A stretch of 64,000 bases of DNA from Salpingoeca rosetta. Lineage: Eukaryota > Protista > Choanoflagellata. The stretch lies in assembly GCA_033442325.1 (NCBI GenBank), contig JAWQFM010000029.1, positions 374,845 to 438,844 of the forward strand, in the 5' to 3' direction. The position numbers and the translations under genes were made by a program. The notes under the pieces were generated by a model, which did no database searches, was not told the DNA's origin, and was given only the letters and a program-made list of their open reading frames with translations. Shown here one piece after another: positions 30,425 through 42,900 of the stretch. Within the stretch, counting starts at the first letter, position 1; the number at the start of each line of letters is the position of its first letter.

Positions 30425-33400
30425 GAGGAGTTTCACGATGCAAGGTCGAGCCCGCGGTTTGGTGGCTGGTCCAGACCAAAGCAACAGGGGAAGAAGGGGA
30501 ACAGCAAGAGCAAGGGCAAGGACAAGGGCAAGGGAAAGAAGAAAGGAAAGAAGAAGGGCAAGAAGAAGCAAGGGGGGCGTGGCACCAAGGATCGCGCTTA
30601 CCGCTACTCAGCCAGTGGTGGCAGCAGCAGCTCGCGTGAGCGCTACTACACCAAGACCTTCACCGTGTCTGTGCGCGGCCCAACGACCATCCCGTACAAG
30701 CTCGCCAAGTACTTTGAGGACGACGGCGTGTGGTCAAACATGTACCGTCGCATTCGAGGCAAGGGATCACTCGAGTGGCAGCGTGGCCGTAACCGTGAGC
30801 TCGCCATCAAGGATGACAAGACCACGCACGTGCACGTGTTCAGCGACTTTGCGACAGACAACCACCACCTCCGTGCAAAGGCGATTCGATTCTTCATCCA
30901 GCGGTTTCTACGCCGCGACGACAACGACGGCGCGCTGCGTGCCCTGCTCAACATAATGCCGATGCACGAGGTCATGGATAACGTGTTGAGCAACGCCCCG
31001 TTTATGGACTCCCTGACGGGGCACCAGGTGCTTCGTCTTCTCATGGCCGTTGGCGTCATCAGCGTTGTTGGCGAGCTGCAGTCACGGCAGTGTCGTCCCA
31101 GCACGCGCGTCCTGATCCAGAGCGCGCTCGTGTCTGATCCCAACACGATTCAACTTTTCTCTGCCAGCAACCCCAACCTGCTGCGAAATCACCTGCAGCT
31201 GCTGGCTGCCCTCATCAACACGAGTACCAACAGCACTTACTCCTACGACAGGGACGCCGGATACAATGACTTGTGCTTTGTCATCCTCGTTCTGGGGCTC
31301 ACTCCAAACTTTGAGGCAGAGAAGATCGAGCACACGGCCGAGCTGCCCACCACCAACAGCAACACCAATTCACACCACTCCTACAGTCCCTACCACACTC
31401 ACCATCACCACCATCACAGCCGCGCGCCAATCGAGTACAGCGAGGACGACATCTTGGATGCCGCTGATTTCGTGCAGCAGTACCACGAGACGATCCACAT
31501 CAGCGCCGACACAATGATGTGGCTCGCTGCTCGCGCCATCCCCGCGCAGCTCTCACACGAGGATGCGCTGTCCTTTGCTGCCACGCACCCGGCGGGCAAG
31601 GTGCTGAGCGAACACGACCCCGGCAAGTTTGGCAGGGTGGTGCGCACTGCCCTCACCAACACTGGCGGCAAGGGCGCCAACAAGAAGAAGCGGGCTGCGG
31701 GCACATCGGGCGCCTACCTCAAGTACATGTCCACGCTGCCACAGGCGCAGGAGCACATCTTCGACGTGTGGCTGAGCCAGCTACCATCGATTGGCAACGA
31801 TACAGACCACCCGCTCGCCACGGGTGCGACGAAGCTGGCAAAGTCGGCGCAACTCACATCTGACCAGCGCGGGCGGCTCATGCAGATGCTCATGAACAAC
31901 ACCAGCAGCAAAATCTGCCGCGCCATGCTGGACAGCCTCCTCACCACCATCCCTGAAGGCATTACCCAGATACAGGCATACACGAGCATGTGGAGTGTGG
32001 TGTCGCCAGCAGAGGTGGAGGCAGGCATGCGCACCTGGCTGAAGGAAGAAGCAACCGAGACGCGAACCGTCACTGTGGATAGCCCTGACTCTGGCGCCAC
32101 TGGTGCATCGTCGTCATCATCGCGCGGCCCACGCACGTACGCGGCTGCGACTTCGCATGGGTACAATTTGCGCTCGGGCAGCAGCCGTTACGCCGGCGGC
32201 TCCTACGGTTACCAGCACCACCAGTATCAGCACCACCAGCAGTATCAGCAGCCACGCACCAAGACGGTGAAGGAGCTGAGTGTGTGCTCACTCATCCGCT
32301 TCGCCACCACCATCGAAGACAGATTGCAGCAACAACTCGGTGTGATCAGCAGCATGCCAGCTGGCAGGGCGGCTGAGGTGGCAGCACGCATGCACAAGTT
32401 CAAGCCCATTTACCTGCTCGCCGGCGACTGTGTCGAAGAGAGCAACGTGCCCCTCGTCGCCTTCTTCCAGCAGCTGATTTCCGCATCGAGTGGCGACGGC
32501 GTTGTCTTGACTGTGGAGCAAACGACACCAAACCACCTTTTCGGTCTCGCTGCTGACCGCGCTGTTGCGCTCGCCCGGAAGCATCGCCAGGCCGGCGATA
32601 AGGACCTGTGTGCCCTCCTCAAGACCCTGCTCACAGCAACACACCCGGGCAGAAGTAACCACAACATGTTCCGCCGCGTTGGCGTGGACATGTTGTCAGA
32701 GCTCACCACCCCGCAAACCCTCACCGACGTTGCGACCCGCCCCGCGCTGTGGCGGCTGGTGCTCACCTCGCCCTCGCCATACGAGTGGCAGCAGACGCTG
32801 CCGGCGGTGGCGGCACGACAGATCCTGGCCCACGAATACGAGGCGTGGCGTGACCTCGCCAAGACGCCAGCGGACATTGCGCAGTTGTTCCCACCAAACC
32901 AGGAGCCAGGCGCGCTGCGTGACAACAGGGCGACACTCGCCAATCTCATGGGCATCGTGTCGCCCAAAGGCGTGCAGGAACCGTACATGCTGATTGATGA
33001 GGCGCTGAGGGCACGTGATCGCCTTGCCGGGGAGAGCATGACGGTGGAGAGTTTGCACCGCTACCTGTCGGATGTGCTGCCGACCAATACGTGGGTGGCC
33101 AGCCTACCACAGACGCTTGACACGTGGCAGACACGCCCGCTCAGCCAAGTCAGCGACAACCATCGCTGGAACGGGGCGCTTGCTGTTGCCGACAACGGCC
33201 TCCTCCACGCCATCCACCAGCGTGCAATGAGCTACACATTCCGTGCCTTTGTCAACAAGCAGTTGCACACTAACACAGACACGGGTGTTGTAACAACAAC
33301 GGCAGCAGCAGCAACAACAGCAGCATCGAGTGGTGCTGAGGGCAACACCGACGGCGAAGGGGATGGTGACAACAACATCAATGACGCCGACAACGACGCT

Positions 33401-36400
33401 GACGCTGACGATGATGATGATGAGATCATGTTTCCGCTGTTTGATGATGACGACGACGATGACGATGCTGATGAGGGTGGACCTGCCGTCGCTGCAACGG
33501 CACCACCGCCATCACGGGAGGCCGTCATGGCGCAGGCAAAGAAGGAGGTGGAGGAGACACTGGTGAAGACAACGGACCTGCTGGCGGAGCACGCGCGGCT
33601 GTTCAACCAACTCAGCTCCAACACACCGCTGTCTGATCTTCACGTCATGTGGGGAGGGCTCACGCGCGCACAGGTGGAACACGACATGACGCTGCTGTGT
33701 ACAGTGCTGACTCATCCCATGAACGCTGGCACAACGTGGCACGTGCAGGAACTGGTGAATCAGCTCTCCAGCTACGTTGATCGGCGCCACTATGCACAGC
33801 GCGCAGAACAGCTTGGCCGTGTGCTGCAGGTGTGCCAGGACCTGCTGCAGCACCAGAGCTCCGATCTCACCGATGCCATCGACGCGGTGCTGGCTGTGGA
33901 CGACTCGCAGACACTCCGCCACCTGCACACGGCTGTGCAGGACGTACAGTCACATGTCCCTGACGATCCGGACGTGTGGGAGGTGCTTGGTGAGATGGCC
34001 GACGCAGGTAACTTGCTCGAGTTCCTGCGGGAACAGGATGGTGACGTGCGCCACTACACGGCGAGCGCGGAGGCGTTTGGTTCCGACGCATACATGGCCA
34101 CAGCCGAGCAGGTCAACGCCTTCATTTTGCTGCACTCGTTTATGTTCCCGCTCATCAACGCTGACACAAAGGCGAAGGACCTGGAGGACTTTCTTCGTCT
34201 TCTCAGCCAGCGCTTTCACCAGAGCCAGGGCCATGCTGCATCCTCCTCGGGAGCAACATCAGGTTCGGCGTCGTCGTCAGCATCATCGGCGCGCCAGCCA
34301 GACCGCCTACCGCTGTCGCAACTGCTGCGCATCTGCAACCAAGGTCTTGAGGCGCTGCAGCTGTTTGTGAATACGCTGAGCGACCGCGGTGCCGCTGCCC
34401 GCGAACGCATTCGCCTCGTTGTTGATCCCTCCGTCGAAGGCGCACGCATCGTGTTCAGGTGCGACTCGCTCCGCCAGACCGCAAGCTACCACATCTGCAT
34501 CCGCCACAGGAGCGAGGACATTGAGTTGTCGGAGCGCGACGTGAGCGACCTGCGTGCGCGCGCGTGCCTGCTGTCCACAGACCAGGACCAGGACGTGCGT
34601 GTGCACATGCAGCGGTTCAGGGACTTGGTGGAAGGCGTCGAGTTGGCCATGGCAGAGCTGAAGCAGCTGGCGGAGAGCGGACACCTTGAAGAGTTCAACT
34701 GCTACACGCACGCGATGGCGGTACAAGGCGCCAACCTGAAGGACTACACGGGTGCGCTGCAGACCCACCTCCTGCTGTGGACGGAGCGCTTGAAGGAGAT
34801 GCGCGAGCGCTATGACGTGCTCAACATCTTTTCCAACCGCCAGCTGGTGGTGCTGTTCCATGCACTCGTGCAACCACACGAGCACCACGATGAGGAGCTG
34901 GTGCAGGAGCGAGACCAGCTGCTGCTGGCCATGCTCGGTCCCCACGCTGACGTGCACCAGGTGTCGCTGTATGTGCGCGATGTGCTCAACAGCATGGGTG
35001 CATGCGATGACAACGTGCACCGGCTGAGCGAGCTGCTGGCGATGCTCAAGTCGCTCATCGATGCGCCGCCACCACGCGCCCTTCACCCCTCTGGAATGAT
35101 TGACGAGAGCATGCTGCCGCCGTTCCGCCACGCTGCCAAGCACGATCTTGTGCGGGTGCTGCTGTCTGAGGACGATCGCACGGCTGCCGCCTCCATCCTC
35201 GCTGCATTCACGGACGCCAACCTGGAGTACCTGCCTGCGCAGTGCCTCTTCTGCTCCGAGCACACGCGCGTGGCGATTGTGCGGCTGTTCCTTGCCCGCA
35301 GCCAGGAGACAACAGACCTGCCGTTTGTGCTCGTGTATCCGGAGCTGCTCAGCATTGAAGCGCAGGCGGAGTTGAAGGAGGAGTTGACCAAGTGGGGCCA
35401 CCGCTGCTCCAACCATCGCTCCTCAAAGCCATTCGCACCCGCTGTTGGCGAGCACGTGCCGGAGTCAAGCCGCCCGCTGCCACGCTTCACCGTCGTGTGT
35501 CGCCGCACCACGCGCAGTCGCCTCCTGCACGGCGTTGCGGGGCTGGTGGACGAGGACTTGACGGGGCACGTGGCGCAACAGCTGCTGGCCAACTACGCGC
35601 TGCACACGAGGGAGCACGGTGCTGTCACCGTTGTTGCCAGCGAGTACGCGCAGCAGGGCAAATCCACCTTCATCCAGCACCACCTCGCACGCCTTGCCGA
35701 TGGCGGCAGCAACGGTGCTGGTGATGGTGATGGTGATGGTGATGGTGATGGCGACAGTGGACGTGGCAGTGGCCGTGTTGGGCGACGCGGGCCGCTTCGC
35801 TCGTCCATGCTCTCACGCACGTCGCAAGCTACCACCGCAACTACCGCCACGACGAAAACGGGTGGCAGTGGTGCTGATGGCGGGGACGACCTTGTGGACG
35901 ACGATGAAGGGGATGGCGACGCATCACCGACGCTCTTCTCATCCGATGACGATGGTGAAGGCGACGAGTTTTTGGACGCGCTGTTTGAGTTCCCCGTGCC
36001 ACTGAGTGGGCCCGTGCCTGCAGGCATGGCGACAACAGCAACCCTCCCGCGTGACGCTGTTGCTGGCGATGGCGGACACTACTGCACGCTGCTCGTCTCT
36101 GGGCAGGACACGTTTGACGTCCTGCACGACAAGCTGTCTCGCCTGCCGCTGATGGACCCACGCGTCAAGGCACTGTACATTGACGTCGGGGCGGCACTGA
36201 ACATTGAGGATGACCTCAACATGCATCTGTTCCAGCTGCTGGTGCTGCGCTGCCTCTCGCGCGACGACAGGCTGTGGCACGTGCCACGCCACGTCGCAGT
36301 GTACGTTGAGATTGGCAACACGCTGCACGACAGCTTGAGCCAGCAGCTCGCGCTCACCACCAAGGCCCCGTTTGCCGATGAAGTGGCGGCATCCGCCACA

Positions 36401-39400
36401 CAGGCTGCGCCTGCACAGACGGGCGCGCCCACTGCCTCTTTTACCAAGGAAGTGCTTGGGTGGGACGCAAACAATATTCACGTGCCAACGGATACGAGCT
36501 CGCCCATCCAGCGTGCTTGCCGCTACCTCGACCTCCTGCACAGGGACCAGCTCACGGACGTGGTGTACAGGGAACCTGATCTGAACGCCATGGATGGCAT
36601 TGAGCCGACACCGCTGAGCAAGGGAGACTGCATTCGCCTCCTGACGCAATACTTCCCGCGCCTGCAAGAGAACCACGCCTCCTTTGGCGAGCTCAACACC
36701 TTCCTCCTCGTCGCCGCCCAGCAGCTGCCGCGCATGTTCACCAGCTCGTTCCTCACCGCCAACACGCTACAAAACTTCATGGAGTTGGCTGAGGAGCGCG
36801 CACAGGAGATTCGACGCGGCGTGCTGACGGCGGTGGTGAAGACGGCTCAGCGGTTCGCCGTGCCCTCCGTTGACGCCGTGAGAGACGCGCAGCACCATCA
36901 CCAGGACGCGGCAGGGACGGTCACCGATGCCATGCTGCGGCAGATGGAGAGAGCCATCACGTGGACGGAGATGGAGCACTGGATGCTGTGCGCTGCCAAC
37001 GACGGGTGCGCATGCCCCTTCTACTCGGACCCAAACAGCGTGCCGCCACAGGTGCGGAAGTACTTTGAGGTGCAGGGTGCGCCGCTCAAGCCAATGGACG
37101 CACACTCGTCGAAAGAGCTGTTTGTGCGCATCAAGCAGCTGTTGGGCCACAACAAAAACACAGAGCAGGGCCAGTACGCCATGACACCAGACAACCTGCT
37201 GAAGATGGTGCTGATCTACATCCGCATAACCAACAACGTGCCGTGCATTCTCATGGGCCACGCAGGCTGCGGTAAGACGTCCCTCTTCAAGCAGCTGGCA
37301 CACATGTGCAGCGACGTGGTTTACGAACGGCCACTTGGCATTCACGCAGGCACCACAGCACAGGACATTATCGATTACGTCAACGCAGCCATCACAAGTG
37401 CAACGACAGCTGCAGCGACAGGAGCGGCAGGCAACCCCGTGTGGATCTTCCTTGACGAGATCAACACGTGCTTGCACCTCGACCTGCTGTCCGACATCAT
37501 TGTGCGCCGCCGCTGCGGCTCCCGCTCCATCCCGGACAACGTCAAGATTGCGGCTGCGTGCAACCCGTACAAGCGCCGTGACTGCCCAGCGCCAACACCA
37601 GGGCTGGTCACCACGGAGCGCCAGCCCATTGACGCGCAGTCGCACCTCATGTACCGCGTGCACCCGCTGCCGGAGGCAATGCTGCCGTACGTGTGGGACT
37701 TTGGCGAGCTGTCCGCTGGCGACGAGCGGCTGTACATGGGCAGCATGGTGGACGGCCTTGGGCTGGACCAGGACGAGAAGAATGTGGTGGTGGAGATGCT
37801 GTATCAGTGCCACGACTACCTGAGGAAGAAGACAGATCACATGATCAGCTTGCGTGACGTCAAGCGTTTCTGCACGCTCTTCAAGTTCTTCAAGAAGTGG
37901 CGGCAGCAGAGGGCAAGGCTGCCCCGTGCTGAGCGACGAGAGCGCAAAACAGTCCTCGGAGGCCTGTCTGAGAACATGCACGCCGCGTGGCTGTCGCTCA
38001 GCCAGTGCTACATGGTGCGTCTCCCTGAAGACAGCAAACGTATCGAACTGCTCGACCAGTGCATTGCACACGTTGGTGCACGTCACAAGCGAGGCCGCGA
38101 TGGCATTTCACAGCTCATCCGCGAGGAGCAGCTGGACATGGTGGATCGCATGGACAGGCGGGCACCGCAGTTCCAGAACTTGGCAGAGAACGCGGCCTTG
38201 CTGGAGAACACGTTTTCCATTGTGGTGTCGCTGCTCAACCGCATCCCCATCTTCCTGATTGGCAAGCCGGGCAACAGCAAGACGGTGAGCATGAGCCTGG
38301 TCAACAACAGTCTTCGTGGCCGTGACTCGCGCGACCCGCTGCTCAAGCTGTACCCGGGCATCACCGTGTTTGCGTACCAAGGCAGCGTTGAGGCGACGAG
38401 CGAGGGCATCCTCCAGGTATTTGCTCGTGCGGAAGCGTACCTGGACAGCGCCAACCATCAAGACGTGCTGCCCGTGGTGGTGCTGGATGAGGTTGGACTG
38501 GCCGAGTACTCGCGCCACAACCCGCTCAAGGTGCTGCACGCCAAACTTGAGCCGCCAGACGGCAGCGAGCTCCGTGTTGGCGTCGTCGGCATCTCCAACT
38601 GGGCGCTCGATGCGGCGAAGATGAACCGCGCACTGCACATCTCCCGACCGGAGCCGTCGCGGAAGGATCTTTGCAGGACCGCAATGACGATTGCCAAGAG
38701 CTTCATCGCCAAGGAGCACAACGTCGCCAACGTGGGCGACGTGTGGAATCATCATCTGCCTCTTCCCCTGCAAACGGTGCTCACAGGGGTGGCCAATGGC
38801 TACAACGCCTACATGAGGCAGTGCAAGGCCGAGAACCGCCAGCCCTTCTTTGGCCTCCGCGATTTCTACAGTGTATGCAAGACTGTGTGCCGCAGGATGG
38901 ACGAGCTGAATGCGAGCGAGGGTGTGGTGGCCACCGCCATCATCCGCAACTTCTCCGGCAAGCTCGGAGGCGACACCGCCCACAGCGATCGACAGCTCTT
39001 CTTCACGCTTGTGCAAGAGCAGCTGCAGCAAGTGGGGTGGTACCACGCTGATGAATGCGAGCCACAGCACCGTGGCATGCATTGAGGACAATTGGCAGGA
39101 CGTGTTTGCGCGCCACCTAATGATCGGGTCCGTCGGTCGCGCGGCGCTGTCCATCTTGAAGACTTTCTCCAGCTTGGACACGAGCAACGCCCTCATTATC
39201 CGCGGCAGCCAGTTTGAGGCGGACGTGGTGAGCGAGGAGTACCCGTACTCTGTGCTGAGTCAGATCATCCTGAAGATGGAGCATGGTGGCGTGCTGGTGC
39301 TGGTGGACCTTGATTCCATCTACGGCAGCCTGTACGACATGCTGAACCAGAGCTACACCATGATCAAGGGCCGGCGCAACTGCACCATTGCCCTGGGCTC

Positions 39401-39923
39401 CCTCAGCAACCCACTGTGCCCCGTGCATGAGCGCTTCCGCTGCGTCGTGCTGATGGATCGGGAGAAGATGCAGACGTATGACCCGCCCTTCCTCAACCGC
39501 TTTGAGAAGCACCTGCTCAGCTTCCCAGACGTGTTGTCGGAGGACCAGCGGGACGTGTGCATGCAGGTGGAGAACTGGCTCACGCGCATCGTTGCGCGTG
39601 GACAGGACACGTCCGCCGTGACGCCAAGGGACAAGGCGAGGGCCATCCCGTGCTACAGCGACAACATGGTGCCAAGCCTGCTGCTCAAGCACCTGGCGAG
39701 CATGCAGGCCGCCATGGGATCGGGTGGGACCAATCTGGCTGGCACTAGCGGCGGTGGCAGAGGCAGCAGCACATCAGCTGTTGCCGCCACACCAACGGCG
39801 CCGAGTGCACCAGGAGAGGCCACCAGTGCGTGGCAGTCACAGGAGCCCGGTGACGAGAGCTGGCAGGAACTGCTGCAACACCAAGAGGAAGAATTGAAAG
39901 CACACGTGCCACCAAGCTATCTC

Positions 39924-39955
<32 letters not shown>

Positions 39956-42900
39956 ACATGCTGGTGGTGCGACGGGAAGCCGGTTCCTGCGCGCATCTCA
40001 GTGGCACCTGACCCCTGACCTGGCACAGCAGCTGCAGCAACGCATCAAGCACAGCTTGATTGACCTGATGACGCTTGAGTTTTTGGTGTCGCTGACGCAG
40101 TTTTCGGACGAGGACAAGCAGCGCGTGGTTGACGTGTACATGCATGAATCCTCACACCACTCCCTCACGGGCCTGCTCGAGTGGCTGCAGTGGTTTGGTG
40201 CTCCGTCAGGGGATAGTGACGGTGGTGGTGGTGACGGACAGCAAGGGGCCAGTGTGCGCAAAGGCGATTATGGCGATTATGGCGATGGTGGTGCTGGTGG
40301 TGCTGGTGGTCATGATGATGACGACGCCGCCACTGATGAAGGTGCCGCTGAAGACGATGACGATGAGATGCTGGTGAAACCAAGCAAAGCGAAGAAGGCA
40401 CGTCAGCAGCCGCTGCCGGCCCAGCCGCTGCCGGCCCAGCCGCTGCGCCGCCTGTTGCTGGTGACGCGCACCAGCATCTTCTATCCCTTCAGGGAGGTGT
40501 CGGAGTGTGAGATTGTGCGTGTGTCCGACATCAAGTCTGAGCGCATGTTGTCGCTTGAGCTGCGAGAAGCACTGCGCCGCGCCGGCCACCACGGCACGGT
40601 TGTGGTGCAGCTGCTGCTCAACGAGTTCAAGCACCTGGCCATGGTGCAGGAGAAGGTGGACGGCCTGCTGGCTGGCGTTGACCGGGAGACGCGCGGCGAT
40701 GCTGGTCTCAACGGTGAGCACACACATGGTGGCCAGGGGTGCAGCCGCGTGATTGTGTGCGTGCACATGCACTCCAAGACGACGAGCCTCCGCAAGCAAG
40801 CGCAGGAAGTGGCCATGCTGCAGACCATCACCGCGTCTGCGGAGTGGGAGCTGCGCTACTGCGACGATCTCGGCTCGCTGCCCTCCTTTGCTGCACAAGC
40901 CCTGCAGCAGGAGCAGCATACGCAGCACGTGAGCGGTGGCGGTGATGATGTTGGCGGTGCGGCGATGCATGTGCCAGCTGGGCCATCGGCGCCACCTGTT
41001 GTTGAGCCGACCCTCAACCTGATTGAGCTGTGCTCGCACTCTCTGCAGGACGTGGTGCTGCGCCACGATCATTCGCTGCTGCACTACCGGCGCCTGATCA
41101 CCCCAGACGCGCTGTGGTGGTGCTACTCGCGCATCGACTTCTCGCGCGTGCCGCACTGCCAGCAGCGTGCGCGGTCCTCAATCGACCGGCTGCTGGCCGC
41201 GCTCACGTCCCAAGACCAGGAGGGCGAGCAGCTGTGCATGATTTTGGCGCACGCGGCGGCGCTGATGCTGGATTCCACCACGACGTGGGTTGCACAGCTG
41301 GCGCAGCAGGACATGAAGCAGCCAAGCTACGCCACGTTTGGGCAGCGTGTGGTGCGCACGGCGCGTGAGGCATTCCTGTCTGCGCTCGCACGCATCATCT
41401 TCAGCATGGAGCAGCACCACTTTGTGCCCGATGTGAGGCAGCTTGTGCCTGACGACGCCACGCGCGCGCTGCTTGCTCAGCTCGAGATTTCCCCGCGGGC
41501 GTACGCCGTGCTCGCACTCGATGCACTGCCGTCCACGGCGCGCGCATTTGCCGCCAGCACTGCGCAGCACGAGCAGCCAGTTGTTGGCGACGAGGGCGAC
41601 GCGGATGACATTTCGCCTGCAACCACAAGTGTGCTGCGTCCCGTGTCACTGCGGCTCCCAGAAACGCATCGCTGGTACAACAGCCTGTGTGCGCTGGCAG
41701 AGGCGCTATTTGCCGAGATGGACGCGGCGCGCACGGAGCAGACGCGTGCCAGCCACGTGCAGGGGTTCATCGCACGCGTGCGCGACGCCTTTTCGCACGC
41801 CATGGCGGCCGGTGTGAGCACCGACGACGTCACTCTTGACATCATGGACACACAGGACGATGATGACGTGGACGACATGGACGAGCGACATGGACGAGCG
41901 CGAGGACGATGATGATGACGATGATGTGGACGAGTTGGATGCGAATGGCGATGATGACGATGACGGTGACGATGATGATGACGAGAGCGGGAACGGGTTT
42001 GGTGACATGTCTCAGGTACACAACGCAGCTGCGGTTGTTGGGCCGTTGTTGCTGGTCGACTGGGTGCGCTATGCCAACATCCACGTTGGCGCCAACGTGC
42101 TGGACATCTGGCGCGGTCTGTGCCTGTGCTTTGGGGACGACATCAGCATCACCTCCGATGAGCACGTGTTTCAGGTGCTGAAGAAGCTGCAGGAGAACGA
42201 GCAGATGCTGTACGCGTTCTTCAGCCTGCTGTCAATTGCCCGCCGCTCTGACGCACGCGGTGACGTGTTGCAAGTTGCCCTCAACTCCATCAACAACACC
42301 AGCATTGGTGGTGACCACGCTGATGGCGATGACAATGATGCTGAAAGCAGTCCTGGCCGGCCCACGGGCACATCTGCCATCGTACACGGCATCTGCGAAA
42401 GCATCGCACTGCGCTTCATCGCTGCCATCACCCGCCAACAAGACGACGACGACGATGAGAATGATGATGCTGATGATGATGACGATGATGATGACGACGA
42501 TTACAGTGGTGACGATGATGAGGGTGAGGATGAGGCCAATGAAGCCATGGGCATGGTGTTTGCTGCCCGCGATGTGATGCAGCACCTGCTTGCCCTGCCG
42601 TGCGATGCGAGCGGCGGGCGTGCGGCCATCACGCCCNNNNNNNNNNNNNNNNNNNNNNNNNNNNNNNNNNNNNNNNNNNNNNNNNNNNNNNNNNNNNNNN
42701 NNNNNNNNNNNNNNNNNNNNNNNNNNNNNNNNNNNNNNNNNNNNNNNNNNGCCCACACCGAGCCGTACGCGGCGCCCGTGACAGCAACAGCTGCACGCCG
42801 CAACAGCAACGGGGTCGCCGTCGCAGCAGCTGCTCAGGTTCTTGCAGCAGAGCTTTGACGAAGACAAACCACTGTGGTCCGTTGGTAGTGAGCGAAGGCG

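Noticed and set aside
37250-38640. Dynein heavy chain or midasin call for the AAA modules
   Set aside because: The family-specific motifs and the downstream RING and RZ finger fit RNF213.
39025-39045. Programmed ribosomal frameshift
   Set aside because: No canonical slippery heptamer is evident; a homopolymer error is more parsimonious.
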